Below are positions 26,869 through 35,489 of a stretch of 40,535 nucleotides of DNA, in pieces; the first letter of the stretch is position 1; every line of letters starts with the position of its first letter. The stretch covers positions 5,528 to 46,062 of the forward strand of contig CAYQTO010000005.1 in NCBI GenBank assembly GCA_964420455.1, read 5' to 3'. The notes beneath the pieces are model-generated. The model saw nothing but the letters and a program-made list of their open reading frames with translations, did not search any database and was not told the origin of the DNA. Position numbers and translations under genes: made by a program. This stretch comes from an uncultured Candidatus Sumerlaeota bacterium. GTDB taxonomy: Bacteria > Sumerlaeota > Sumerlaeia > SLMS01.

Positions 26869-28760
26869 AATTCTTCCCCCTCGTCTCCCTTGCTGTCCAC
26901 GTCGGCCACGGTCTCGCCCGAGGACTGGCGGCGGTGGCTCGCCGTCAGCCGGTCCAGCCCGTACATCTTGATCTTCTTGTCGAGGGTTGGTCGCGAAATG
27001 CCGAGCTGACGGGCGGCCTGCGACTTCTGTCCCCCCGATTCTACCAGCGCCCGCGAGATCTCCTCCCGCTCGATCATCTCCGTCAGCATTTGCAACCGAG
27101 GGAGCTTGACCGTCGTGCTTTCCTCGTCGTTGCCCACCTCGCGGGGGACCATTGGCTCGTCAATGATGTGGCCACTGCAAAGGAGCATGATCCGCTCGAG
27201 AACGTTGCGCAGTTCGCGGACGTTTCCCGGCCAGTGGTGCGAGAGGAGCCGACGATAGGCCCGCGGCGTTACTGCGTACTCCCTCGCGACCGCGTTGTCC
27301 TCCCGGATTTGCCGGATGAGGTAAGGCACCAACTCGGGGATGTCCTCAATCCGATCGCGCAAGGGGGGAACGGAAAGGTTCAGCACATGGATGCGGTGGT
27401 AGAGGTCGCGGCGGAAGGTGCCCTCCTCGACCATCTGCTCGAGGTTACGGTTTGTGGCGCAGAGGAACCGGACGTCGGCGCGGACCGACTCGTTCCCGCC
27501 CACGCGAAAGAACGGCTGGCCCTCGATGACGCGCAGGAGCTTCGCCTGGAGATCCGGATCGAGATCGCCGATTTCGTCGAGAAAGAGCGTGCCCCCATCC
27601 GCCAGTTCCACCTTGCCGATGCGTCGCTCAGCCGCCCCGGTAAAGGCGCCTCGCTCGTGCCCAAACAGTTCCGCCTCTGTCAACTCGGAGACCATGCAGG
27701 CGCAGTTCACCTCGATATAGGGGCCGAAGCGCCGCGGCGACAACTGGTGGACGGCCCGGGCACAGAGTTCCTTGCCGGTTCCCGATTCGCCGCGGATCAG
27801 CACCGTCACATTGGTGCCCGCAAAGCTCCGGATCTGCGTGCGGAGCACATTCATCGGCTCGCTGCTGCCGACGATGCCCAGGTGATCCGGGAGCAGCTGG
27901 GCCGATCCCTGCGCCAGCATCTGGCCGAGGGGGAGCGCCCGCAGGCATTCGGAAAGGGTCTCGGCAAACTCCAGATCCAGGGGCTCGAAGGGGCGTGCGT
28001 TTTCCCGGCCAAGAACGACCACGGCGGCCGCCCTTCCCTCCGCGTGGATGGGAAAGAACAGGGTGGTCCAGGCGACAGGGCGCTTGAGGAAATCCGCCTT
28101 CCAGGTGGCGCCCCGCTCCATCGCCGTCAACACGGCGCGGTCCTCTTCGCCGAGGTTGACCGGCCCTTCGACGAAGATGGCGTCGAGGCCCGGCGGGGCA
28201 CTGTAGATGCCGACCGCATCGGCCTGGAGCGAGCGGCGGATGGCAGAGGAGAAGGCGCTGATGGAGTGGCGGATGCGGCTGAGTGCCGCGAGCCGCGCGG
28301 TCAATTCGCTCGCCCGGCGGAGGATCAGCCGGTTCACCCGCAGGTGGTCGCCTCCCTTGGGACCCCCCGCCGAGGAGCCCTCACGCGTCTCCACATCGGC
28401 CGGTGCCCGGTCTGCCCGGGCGGACTCCTGCGGCGTGACTTCCACCACGGCGATCTGCGTCCGCCCGATGCGCAGATGGTCTTCCGATTTGAGGACCGTC
28501 GGCTCGCGGATTTCACGGCCGTTTACATACGTGCCGTTCTTGCTCCCGAGGTCGCGAACGATCAACTGGCCATCGAGCCACTCGACGACCGCGTGGTGGC
28601 GCGAGACGAGATCGTCGGTGACGGGGACGCGCGACTGGGGGTCGCGGCCGAGGACCGCCGGGCGGTCCACCAGGACGCGGTGGCCCTGGCCGGTGCCGCT
28701 GATCACCAGGAGCGCGAGGTGGCAGGGGAGGGTTTCCGGATCGGGCGGGATCGGGCTCAT
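26865..28760 (-). CDS. Sigma54-dependent enhancer-binding protein: FHA, degenerate GAF-like, AAA+, Fis-type HTH
   Basis: FHA motifs LGRD, VSRHHA, DLGSKNGTYVNG; GESGTGKE, GAFTGA, LFLDEIGD, WPGNVRELRN; HTH AARQLGISRPTL. ATG 28760 chosen. Confidence 0.93.
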   Translation of the reverse strand: MSPIPPDPETLPCHLALLVISGTGQGHRVLVDRPAVLGRDPQSRVPVTDDLVSRHHAVVEWLDGQLIVRDLGSKNGTYVNGREIREPTVLKSEDHLRIGRTQIAVVEVTPQESARADRAPADVETREGSSAGGPKGGDHLRVNRLILRRASELTARLAALSRIRHSISAFSSAIRRSLQADAVGIYSAPPGLDAIFVEGPVNLGEEDRAVLTAMERGATWKADFLKRPVAWTTLFFPIHAEGRAAAVVVLGRENARPFEPLDLEFAETLSECLRALPLGQMLAQGSAQLLPDHLGIVGSSEPMNVLRTQIRSFAGTNVTVLIRGESGTGKELCARAVHQLSPRRFGPYIEVNCACMVSELTEAELFGHERGAFTGAAERRIGKVELADGGTLFLDEIGDLDPDLQAKLLRVIEGQPFFRVGGNESVRADVRFLCATNRNLEQMVEEGTFRRDLYHRIHVLNLSVPPLRDRIEDIPELVPYLIRQIREDNAVAREYAVTPRAYRRLLSHHWPGNVRELRNVLERIMLLCSGHIIDEPMVPREVGNDEESTTVKLPRLQMLTEMIEREEISRALVESGGQKSQAARQLGISRPTLDKKIKMYGLDRLTASHRRQSSGETVADVDSKGDEGEEF

Positions 28761-28940
28761 GTCAGTGGGGGCATATTCACAGGGCAGACTTCTGCGCACT
28801 CGTGGTGGCAGGTGTGTCAATCTGGTTTACAAGCATCCTTTGGACCGATTCCGGACGCAAGGTTAAGTGCTTGTTTTCGAGGGCTGAGGACCCACTTCGA
28901 GTTGTAAAGGATGTTGGCACGTTTCAGGTTAACAGCCTTA

Positions 28941-29094
28941 CCGCACGGGAGAAGGGCCGTCCTACCCCGGTTCCCCCCGCTCGCTTCTGTTTTCCAGAGG
29001 CGATTCAAATAGAAGCCGCATTTGTTCGTGGGGTCCAGATGCCGGCTTCTTTCCCGCTCCCGCTCCGGCATCTGCCGGAGCGGGAGCTTACTTT
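28941..29094 (+). ncRNA. Candidate structured small RNA (unclassified)
   Basis: Nested imperfect rod at 28946-29056, then a perfect hairpin and TTACTTT; sigma54-like TTGGCACG box about 24 nt upstream; no plus-strand CDS supported here. Folded by eye only. Confidence 0.3.
29056..29094 (+). terminator. Perfect 15-bp inverted repeat with plus-strand T-rich tail
   Basis: GCTCCCGCTCCGGCA-TC-TGCCGGAGCGGGAGC (29056-29087) followed by TTACTTT. Confidence 0.55.
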
Positions 29095-29115
29095 CCGGCA
29101 CCGGCCGGCGCCCCT

Positions 29116-29523
29116 TCAGCCCCCCGACTCCTTCAATTGCTTCTGGAGAAGGTCGCGCTCCTTCTTGAGCAGGGCGACCTCCTTCATCGCGGAGTGGTAG
29201 CCGGCGTCGGCCTTCTGGCGGCCCTTAAAGATCCAGACGATGGTCCGATAGACGGCGACCAGCAGCATGAGGGCGGTGAGACCCACCAGGACGAAGTAAT
29301 CGTTGGCGGTTTCGAACCAACCGACGACTGGCTGGGCGCCAACGCTTTGGGCGATGGGAATGCCGTAAACCCAGATCGCCCCGATGACGAGGAAGGAGAT
29401 CCAGGCGGGGAGGGGGAACACCTGGTTGCGGGTGTTGAGGGAGGGGACGCGGTTGGCGTCGACCTTGAGTTTGATCTGGCGATCGAGTTCGGCGATGCGC
29501 TCGAGGGTTTGCGTTCGGTTCAC
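29116..29523 (-). CDS. Small membrane protein (2 TM, coiled-coil ends)
   Basis: GTG start with GGAGGAG RBS; two hydrophobic segments; heptad-like termini. Confidence 0.8.
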   Translation of the reverse strand: MNRTQTLERIAELDRQIKLKVDANRVPSLNTRNQVFPLPAWISFLVIGAIWVYGIPIAQSVGAQPVVGWFETANDYFVLVGLTALMLLVAVYRTIVWIFKGRQKADAGYHSAMKEVALLKKERDLLQKQLKESGG

Positions 29524-29568
29524 CGTGCACGCTCCTCCGTGCGCCTTCTCGCGGGTCCCCGTCTCGGG

Positions 29569-30135
29569 TCAGGATGGTTCCGCGGACTCGAAGGACGCAT
29601 AGACGATGGATTGGGCAATGTCTTGCGCCGTGGAAGTTCCCAGCAGGAGTTCGATGACGGCAAGGGCAAAGGGGACGGCGGTGCCGGCGCCCCGGCTGGT
29701 GACAAGGCGGCCGTGGCGGACGACCGGATCGTGGCGAAGGAGGGCGCCGGCCATGTCGGTCTCCGCCTTGGGGAAGCAGGTGGCGGGCACGCCATCGAGG
29801 ATGCCGAGGTCGGCGAGGAAGGTGGGGGCGGCGCAGATGGCGGCGAGGGGCCGGCCGGCCTCATGGTGGATCCGGACCATGTTCCTGAGGGGTTCGTGCT
29901 GGCGGAGTTGGCGCGTGCCCGGGCCGCCGGGGAGCAGGATCAAGTCGAACGCACGGGAGAGCTCATCGTCGAGCACCGAGTCAGTCTCGACCGTGATCTG
30001 GTGCGAGCCGGTGGCGGTGCGCTTGCCGATGCCGGCGGTGGTGACGTGGACGCCGGCGCGCCGCAGGAGATCGATGGAGGTGACGGCCTCGACTTCCTCG
30101 AAGCCGTCGATGAGCGGGATAAGAACGGTGGGCAT
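29569..30135 (-). CDS. DJ-1/PfpI family protein (YajL/ThiJ-like)
   Basis: ATG 30135; DGFEEVEA, DLLRRAG, LPGGPG, catalytic AAICAAP, TSRGAGTA. Confidence 0.93.
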   Translation of the reverse strand: MPTVLIPLIDGFEEVEAVTSIDLLRRAGVHVTTAGIGKRTATGSHQITVETDSVLDDELSRAFDLILLPGGPGTRQLRQHEPLRNMVRIHHEAGRPLAAICAAPTFLADLGILDGVPATCFPKAETDMAGALLRHDPVVRHGRLVTSRGAGTAVPFALAVIELLLGTSTAQDIAQSIVYASFESAEPS

Positions 30136-30341
30136 GGCGGTGATCCCTGAAAAGAGAGTGTACGCACAGGTGGATGGTGTGTACCGAATGGTACGGGGTT
30201 CGTCCAGCCCCGAGGGCGACAACCCGGAGAAGTCTGCTGGAACTGTGGGGGTTAACTGCAACCCACGTTGCGGGTGAGCCAGTTGCATTGGGGTGAGGAA
30301 CAAACGTGAAAGCCGCCCGGGGCGGCGGAAGGACGTGGACA

Positions 30342-31865
30342 ATGGCGGCAAGGCTGGCACCGGTGGAGGGCGGGGCACCGTGGGGCGAGCGGGAGGCGCG
30401 CCACCTGCTGAACCGCGCGGGTTTCGGGGTGGCGCTGGAGCGGATCCCGGCGATTGTTGCAGCGGGACGGGAGGCGTCGGTCGATGCGCTCGTGTTCGAC
30501 GACGGGCGGGCGGAAACCCATCCGGAGCCGGACTTCCTTACCCCGGCGGAAGACATGCTGGAGATGGTGCGGATGGCGCGCGAGGTGGAGGACCGGGACG
30601 AGCGCCGGGCGATGGTCCGCAACCGGCTCCGCGACCAGCGGCTCGAGGTCGGCCGGCTCCAGGCCTGGTGGCTCGACCGCATGGCCGCCACCACCAGGCC
30701 CCTGCGCGAGAAGATGGCGCTCTTCTGGCACGGTCACTTCGCCACCAGCGCCCGCGAAGTTCGCCAACCCCTCTACAACTACCAGCTCAATACGATCTTT
30801 CGCGAGCACGGGATGGGGAGTTTCAAGGACCTTGTCTTTGCCGTGGGCAAATCGCCCGCCATGTTGAACTACCTGAACAACAAGCAGAACCGCAAGGGGC
30901 AGCCGAACGAGAACTGGGCCCGGGAACTCATGGAGCTGTTTACCATGGGAATCGGGAGCTATACGGAGGAGGACATCCGCGAGGCGGCCCGCGCCTTCAC
31001 CGGATATACGGAGCGGGAGGGCCAGTTCACCTTCGTGGCGCGCCAGCACGACGAAGGGATCAAGACCTTCCTCGGCCGGACGGGACCGTTCGACGGCAGG
31101 GACATCATCGACATTATTTTCGAACAGCCGGAGACGGCGCGGTTCGTCCCGCGGAAGATCTGGGAGTACCTTGTCTATGCGGATCCGGACGAGGATGTGG
31201 TGGAGGAACTGGCGGGGGTGTTCCGCGACAACAACTTCGGGCTGCGACCGCTCCTGCGCACGATCCTCCTCTCGCGGGAGTTCTACAGTGAGCGGGCACT
31301 CGGTAACCAGGTGAAGTCGCCGGTGCAGTTCTGGGTGATGCTGCGGGATCAACTGGGGCTGGAGGACGTGCCGGCGCGGATGGTGACGATGGCGCTGCGG
31401 GGCCTCGGACAGGACCTCTTTTATCCGCCGAATGTGAAGGGGTGGCCGGGCGACCGGGCCTGGATCACGAGCAACTCGCTGCTGCTCCGTTACAACATCC
31501 CGGCATATGTGCTGTTGGGCGAGCGGCCAACGGGGGGGCGCGCCCTCGAGCTGGACGAGACGCCTGGCGGGGCCGTGAGCGAGCGCCTCGAGCGCCTCCG
31601 GGAGAGGCGGAGGCGGGAGCGAATTCGAGACACCTCGGCGCTGTATGCGTCGATGGGCGGAAAGTCCGCGCCCGAGGTGGTCCGCGGTCTGGGCGGTCGG
31701 CTCCTCGGACGGGAGCTGGAGGACGCCCAGGTCGACGCCATCGCCGCCGTTCTCGCCGGCGAGGAAGGCGACCGCTGGCGCCTGTCCGTCTCGAGCCTTG
31801 GTCGCGAACGCGCCGCCGCCACCCTTCATCTCTTGCTTTCCCTCGCGGAATACCAGTTGTGTTAG
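30342..31865 (+). CDS. DUF1800 family protein
   Basis: ARHLLNRAGFG, LREKMALFWHGHFATS, PAMLNYLNN, PNENWARELMELFTMG, YTEEDI, PPNVKGW, ends EYQLC. Confidence 0.92.
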   Translation: MAARLAPVEGGAPWGEREARHLLNRAGFGVALERIPAIVAAGREASVDALVFDDGRAETHPEPDFLTPAEDMLEMVRMAREVEDRDERRAMVRNRLRDQRLEVGRLQAWWLDRMAATTRPLREKMALFWHGHFATSAREVRQPLYNYQLNTIFREHGMGSFKDLVFAVGKSPAMLNYLNNKQNRKGQPNENWARELMELFTMGIGSYTEEDIREAARAFTGYTEREGQFTFVARQHDEGIKTFLGRTGPFDGRDIIDIIFEQPETARFVPRKIWEYLVYADPDEDVVEELAGVFRDNNFGLRPLLRTILLSREFYSERALGNQVKSPVQFWVMLRDQLGLEDVPARMVTMALRGLGQDLFYPPNVKGWPGDRAWITSNSLLLRYNIPAYVLLGERPTGGRALELDETPGGAVSERLERLRERRRRERIRDTSALYASMGGKSAPEVVRGLGGRLLGRELEDAQVDAIAAVLAGEEGDRWRLSVSSLGRERAAATLHLLLSLAEYQLC

Positions 31866-31891
31866 GACACCTGCAAAAAAGGACCGGACCG

Positions 31892-33154
31892 ATGGCCGAC
31901 GCACGCTATGTCTTCACAAGGCGCGAGTTCCTCCGGGGGGCGCTCATAGCCGGGGCAGGCATGACCCTTCCCGCCTTCCTCACCGAGGCGGTTTCCGCCA
32001 ACGCGGTCGAGGGCCACCTGCCCGGGTTCAAGGATGACCGCATCCTGGTGGTGATCCAACTCGGTGGTGGAAACGACGGGCTGAACACGATCGTGCCTTA
32101 CGGCGACGATGCGTATTACCGGTCGCGCCAGGTGCTCCGGGTGGAGCGTCAGCAACTCCTTCGTCTGGACGACCAGCTCGCGATGAACGACGCGATGACG
32201 GGGTTGAAGGAGCTCTATGACGAAGGGGGGCTGGGAATCGTCAACGGCGTCGGGTATCCGAACCCGAACCGCTCGCACTTCCGCTCGATGGAGATCTGGC
32301 AGACGGCGGTGGATTCGGACCGTTACAGCGAGACGGGATGGGTGGGCCGATACTTTGACCACTGCTGCAGCGGGACTCCGGAGCCCCAGGCGGGCGTGCA
32401 CGTGGGGCCGGGGGAGATGCCGCAGGCCTTCACCGGGCGGAGCGGTGCCGGGGTGGGATTCACAGACCCGGAGCGGTTTCGCTGGGCGACGGGGGGCGTT
32501 GAGGGCCTTGAGGACGCCTTTGCCCGTGCCAACCAGCTCGATACCGTTCGCACGTCCGCGAACGAGACCGACAACCTGGATTTCCTCCGGCACATGACCA
32601 ACAATGCGGTGATCGCGTCGGAGGATGTGCAGCGGGCGGGGCGGACGCGGCGCCAGCCGGTGGACTACCCCGCGTCCGCATTGGCAAACCAGCTGAGGAC
32701 GATCGCGACGTTGATCGCCGGCGGACTCCCGACGCGGATCTACTACACGTCGCTGACGGGCTTTGACACCCATGCGAACCAGTCGGCCACGCACCGCCGT
32801 TTGCTCGAGCAGTTCAGCGGCGCCCTGCCGGCGTTCCTCCGCGACCTGAAGAAGATCGGCGTGGCGGACCGCGTGCAGGTTATGTGCTTCAGCGAGTTCG
32901 GCCGCCGTGTGGAGGAGAATGCGAGCAGGGGGACGGACCATGGGACGGCGGGGCCGATGTTCCTCGCCGGGGCGGGCATCACGCCCGGCCTCCACGGCCA
33001 ATACCCCAGCCTCACGGACCTGGACGGGGGCGACCTCAGGCACACGGTGGATTTCCGAAGCGTCTATACGGACGTGCTGGAGGGATGGTTCGGTGCGGAC
33101 GCCAGCCGCGTGGTCGGCCGGAAATTCCAGCGGGCAGGAATCGTGAAGGGATAG
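31892..33154 (+). CDS. DUF1501 family protein with twin-arginine (Tat) signal
   Basis: TRREFL, LVVIQLGGGNDGLNT, RSHFRSMEIW, GFDTHANQ, SEFGRR...GTDHG, DFRSVY. Confidence 0.92.
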   Translation: MADARYVFTRREFLRGALIAGAGMTLPAFLTEAVSANAVEGHLPGFKDDRILVVIQLGGGNDGLNTIVPYGDDAYYRSRQVLRVERQQLLRLDDQLAMNDAMTGLKELYDEGGLGIVNGVGYPNPNRSHFRSMEIWQTAVDSDRYSETGWVGRYFDHCCSGTPEPQAGVHVGPGEMPQAFTGRSGAGVGFTDPERFRWATGGVEGLEDAFARANQLDTVRTSANETDNLDFLRHMTNNAVIASEDVQRAGRTRRQPVDYPASALANQLRTIATLIAGGLPTRIYYTSLTGFDTHANQSATHRRLLEQFSGALPAFLRDLKKIGVADRVQVMCFSEFGRRVEENASRGTDHGTAGPMFLAGAGITPGLHGQYPSLTDLDGGDLRHTVDFRSVYTDVLEGWFGADASRVVGRKFQRAGIVKG

Positions 33155-33229
33155 CGACCGGGGAGCGGGGAAGAAAACTGGGGATGCGAGGAAAAGGGGG
33201 AAGGGAGAAGGGGAGACCTGAATCGATGT

Positions 33230-34321
33230 TCAGTGGGCGAGGGATTCGAGTTTCTTTTCGAGTTCCGTTTTACGCAGTGCCGTCAGCAATTCCTCGAGGT
33301 TCCCCTCGATGACGCTTTCGAGGTTATAGAGGGTGAGGTTGATGCGGTGGTCGGTAATGCGGTTCTGGGGGAAGTTGTAGGTGCGGATGCGTTCGCTGCG
33401 GTCGCCGGAGCCGACCATGGACTTGCGCAGGTCGCCACGGGCTTTCAGGTCCTTTTCGATTTCGGCCTCGAGGAGGCGACTGCGCAGCACGCGCAGGGCC
33501 TTTTCCTTGTTGCGGAGCTGGCTGCGCTCGTCCTGACAGGTAACGATGATGCCGGTGGGGATGTGGAGGAGGCGCACGGCGGAGTAGGTGGTGTTGACGC
33601 CCTGGCCGCCGGGGCCGCTGGCGCACATGGTGTCGACGCGGATGTCGGCCTCCCGGAGGTCGACATCGGTTTCGCCGGCCTCGGGGAGGACGGCGACGGT
33701 GGCGGCGCTGGTGTGAATGCGGCCCTGGGTTTCTGTGACTGGCACGCGCTGGACCCGGTGGGCGCCGCCCTCCCACTTGAGCCATGAATAGACGCGCTCG
33801 CCGGAGATCATGGCGATGACCTCGCGATAGCCGCCGAGGGCGCTTTCCGTGGTGGAGAGAAGCTCGACCTTCCATCCGCGGAGTTCCGCATAGCGTGTAT
33901 ACATGCGGAGGAGGTCGCCGGCGAAGAGGCCGGCCTCGTCGCCGCCGGTGCCGGCGCGGATTTCGAGGAGGAGGTTGCGCTCGTCGAGGGGATCGGGGGG
34001 GAGGAGCAGGAGTTGGAGTTCCCGCGAGAGGTCGTCGACGAGGGGCTGGGCGTCTTCCAGTTCGGCCTCGGCGAGGGCACGGAGGTCGGCGTCCTTCTCG
34101 AGGCGAAGGATGTCTCGTGCCTCGGCGACGCGTTCCTCCGCGTGGAGGAGGCGGTCGGCGACGGCAAGGGTCTCGCGGGTGCGCTGGTGGTCGCGCCCAA
34201 GGTCGGCGAGGCGCCTCGGATCGGTTGCGGATTCGGGGGCGTTGAGCTGGTTCTCGAGTTCCGCGAGGTGTTCACGGAGCGAGTCGACGCGGTCGCGGGT
34301 GTTGAGCGGTGGGGCTGCCAT
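33230..34321 (-). CDS. prfA: Peptide chain release factor 1
   Basis: [13 protein letters not shown]1-type PxT in [39 protein letters not shown]. Confidence 0.97.
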   Translation of the reverse strand: MAAPPLNTRDRVDSLREHLAELENQLNAPESATDPRRLADLGRDHQRTRETLAVADRLLHAEERVAEARDILRLEKDADLRALAEAELEDAQPLVDDLSRELQLLLLPPDPLDERNLLLEIRAGTGGDEAGLFAGDLLRMYTRYAELRGWKVELLSTTESALGGYREVIAMISGERVYSWLKWEGGAHRVQRVPVTETQGRIHTSAATVAVLPEAGETDVDLREADIRVDTMCASGPGGQGVNTTYSAVRLLHIPTGIIVTCQDERSQLRNKEKALRVLRSRLLEAEIEKDLKARGDLRKSMVGSGDRSERIRTYNFPQNRITDHRINLTLYNLESVIEGNLEELLTALRKTELEKKLESLAH

Positions 34322-34325
34322 GGAG

Positions 34326-35489
34326 TCAGGTTCCGGGTGGGGCGGCGGGCGTGTCGAGCGCCTTTTCGTATAGACGGTGCGTGCGATAATGGACGGCGCC
34401 CATGGCGGCGAGCTCGCGGTTCATGGCGTCGTTGTCCTCGAGGATCCAGCCGAGTTCCGCGGTTTCAAAACGGCTTTCGATGCCGTGGCGGACGACGCGG
34501 CTGACGAGCAGGGTTTCGATGCCACGGTTGCGAAATTCGGGGACGACCCCCATGGCGAGGACGCGGAGTTGGTGGAGGCGGCGGCGGAGGAGGAGGAAGA
34601 TGCCGATTTCGAGGGGGCCGGTGCGGCCCCGAAGGTGGCGAAGGATCAGGTTGTAGTCGGGGAGGGCGAGGGCAAAGCCGGCGGGTGTGTTGTCGATCTC
34701 GATGAAGTGAACGAGTTGCGGGAGGAGGACGGGCCGGAGCGCGCGGGCCATGTGGCGGACCTCGCTTTCGGTCATGGGGACGAAGCCCCAGTTGCCGGCC
34801 CAGGCGGCGTTGTAAATCCGGCGGACGAGGGCGAGCTCCTCGTCGAAGCGGGTCATGTCGATCCTTCGGGCGGTGACCTTGTGGCCCTGGCGCTCGAGTC
34901 GCTGGACCACCTTGTCGGCGAGGCGATCCATCCGCGGATTGTAGGAATGGGTGCTGACCCACCAGGTCAGGAGGTCACGGGCTCTTGTATATCCGGCTGC
35001 TTCCACGAGGGCGGGATAGCTTTCCGGGTTCCAGGGGGTCATGAGGAAGGGGGGATTGGTGAAGCCGTGGACGAGGAGACCGACCTCCTCGTTGGTGGAG
35101 AAGGAGGCAGGCCCGCGAAGGGCGGTGAGGCCACGGCGGCGGGCCCATTGCCCGGCGGCGTCGAGGAGGGCGGCGAAGACCTCCGCCTCGGGCTCGGCGT
35201 CGAGAAAGCCAAAGAAGCCGATGCGCTCGTTGTGGTAGGTGTTGTGGAGGAAGTTCTCGATGGCGGCGATGCGGCCAACGCAGCGACGGCCGCGGAAGGC
35301 GAGGAAGTAGTCGACGCGGGCGTGTTCGTGAAAGGGATGGCGGTCTGTATCGAGGAGTTGGGCGACGTCGCGGCGGGGCGGCGGCACCCAGAGGCTGTCG
35401 CAGGCGTGGAGACGGTAGGCGATGTCGATGAAGAGGCGGAGGGCGCGGGCGCCCCGGACGGGAACAACGCGGACCGGGGCGGGGGTCAA
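34326..35489 (-). CDS. GNAT-fold N-acetyltransferase (YghO-like, 387 aa)
   Basis: C-terminal part of ORF 34326..36743; TTG 35489 overlaps upstream stop; GRIAAI, GFFGF, LRGP...[35 protein letters not shown]. Confidence 0.85.
   Translation of the reverse strand: MTPAPVRVVPVRGARALRLFIDIAYRLHACDSLWVPPPRRDVAQLLDTDRHPFHEHARVDYFLAFRGRRCVGRIAAIENFLHNTYHNERIGFFGFLDAEPEAEVFAALLDAAGQWARRRGLTALRGPASFSTNEEVGLLVHGFTNPPFLMTPWNPESYPALVEAAGYTRARDLLTWWVSTHSYNPRMDRLADKVVQRLERQGHKVTARRIDMTRFDEELALVRRIYNAAWAGNWGFVPMTESEVRHMARALRPVLLPQLVHFIEIDNTPAGFALALPDYNLILRHLRGRTGPLEIGIFLLLRRRLHQLRVLAMGVVPEFRNRGIETLLVSRVVRHGIESRFETAELGWILEDNDAMNRELAAMGAVHYRTHRLYEKALDTPAAPPGT

Noticed and set aside
28920-29095. Assignment of the rod RNA to SRP (4.5S), 6S, tmRNA or tRNA
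   Set aside because: No SRP GNRA/AGCAG motif, no cloverleaf or T-loop, and shorter than typical 6S; left unclassified pending an Rfam search.
28817-29101. 94-aa minus-strand ORF in the activator upstream region
   Set aside because: Poor GC3 bias, no family resemblance, and it spans palindromic regulatory-looking sequence.
33155-33229. Purine-rich G-run tract between convergent DUF1501 and prfA (G-quadruplex or Rho site)
   Set aside because: Short and low-complexity, not distinguishable from the local G skew.
33230-34321. prfB with programmed frameshift
   Set aside because: The PxT motif and an uninterrupted frame identify RF1; no SPF motif.
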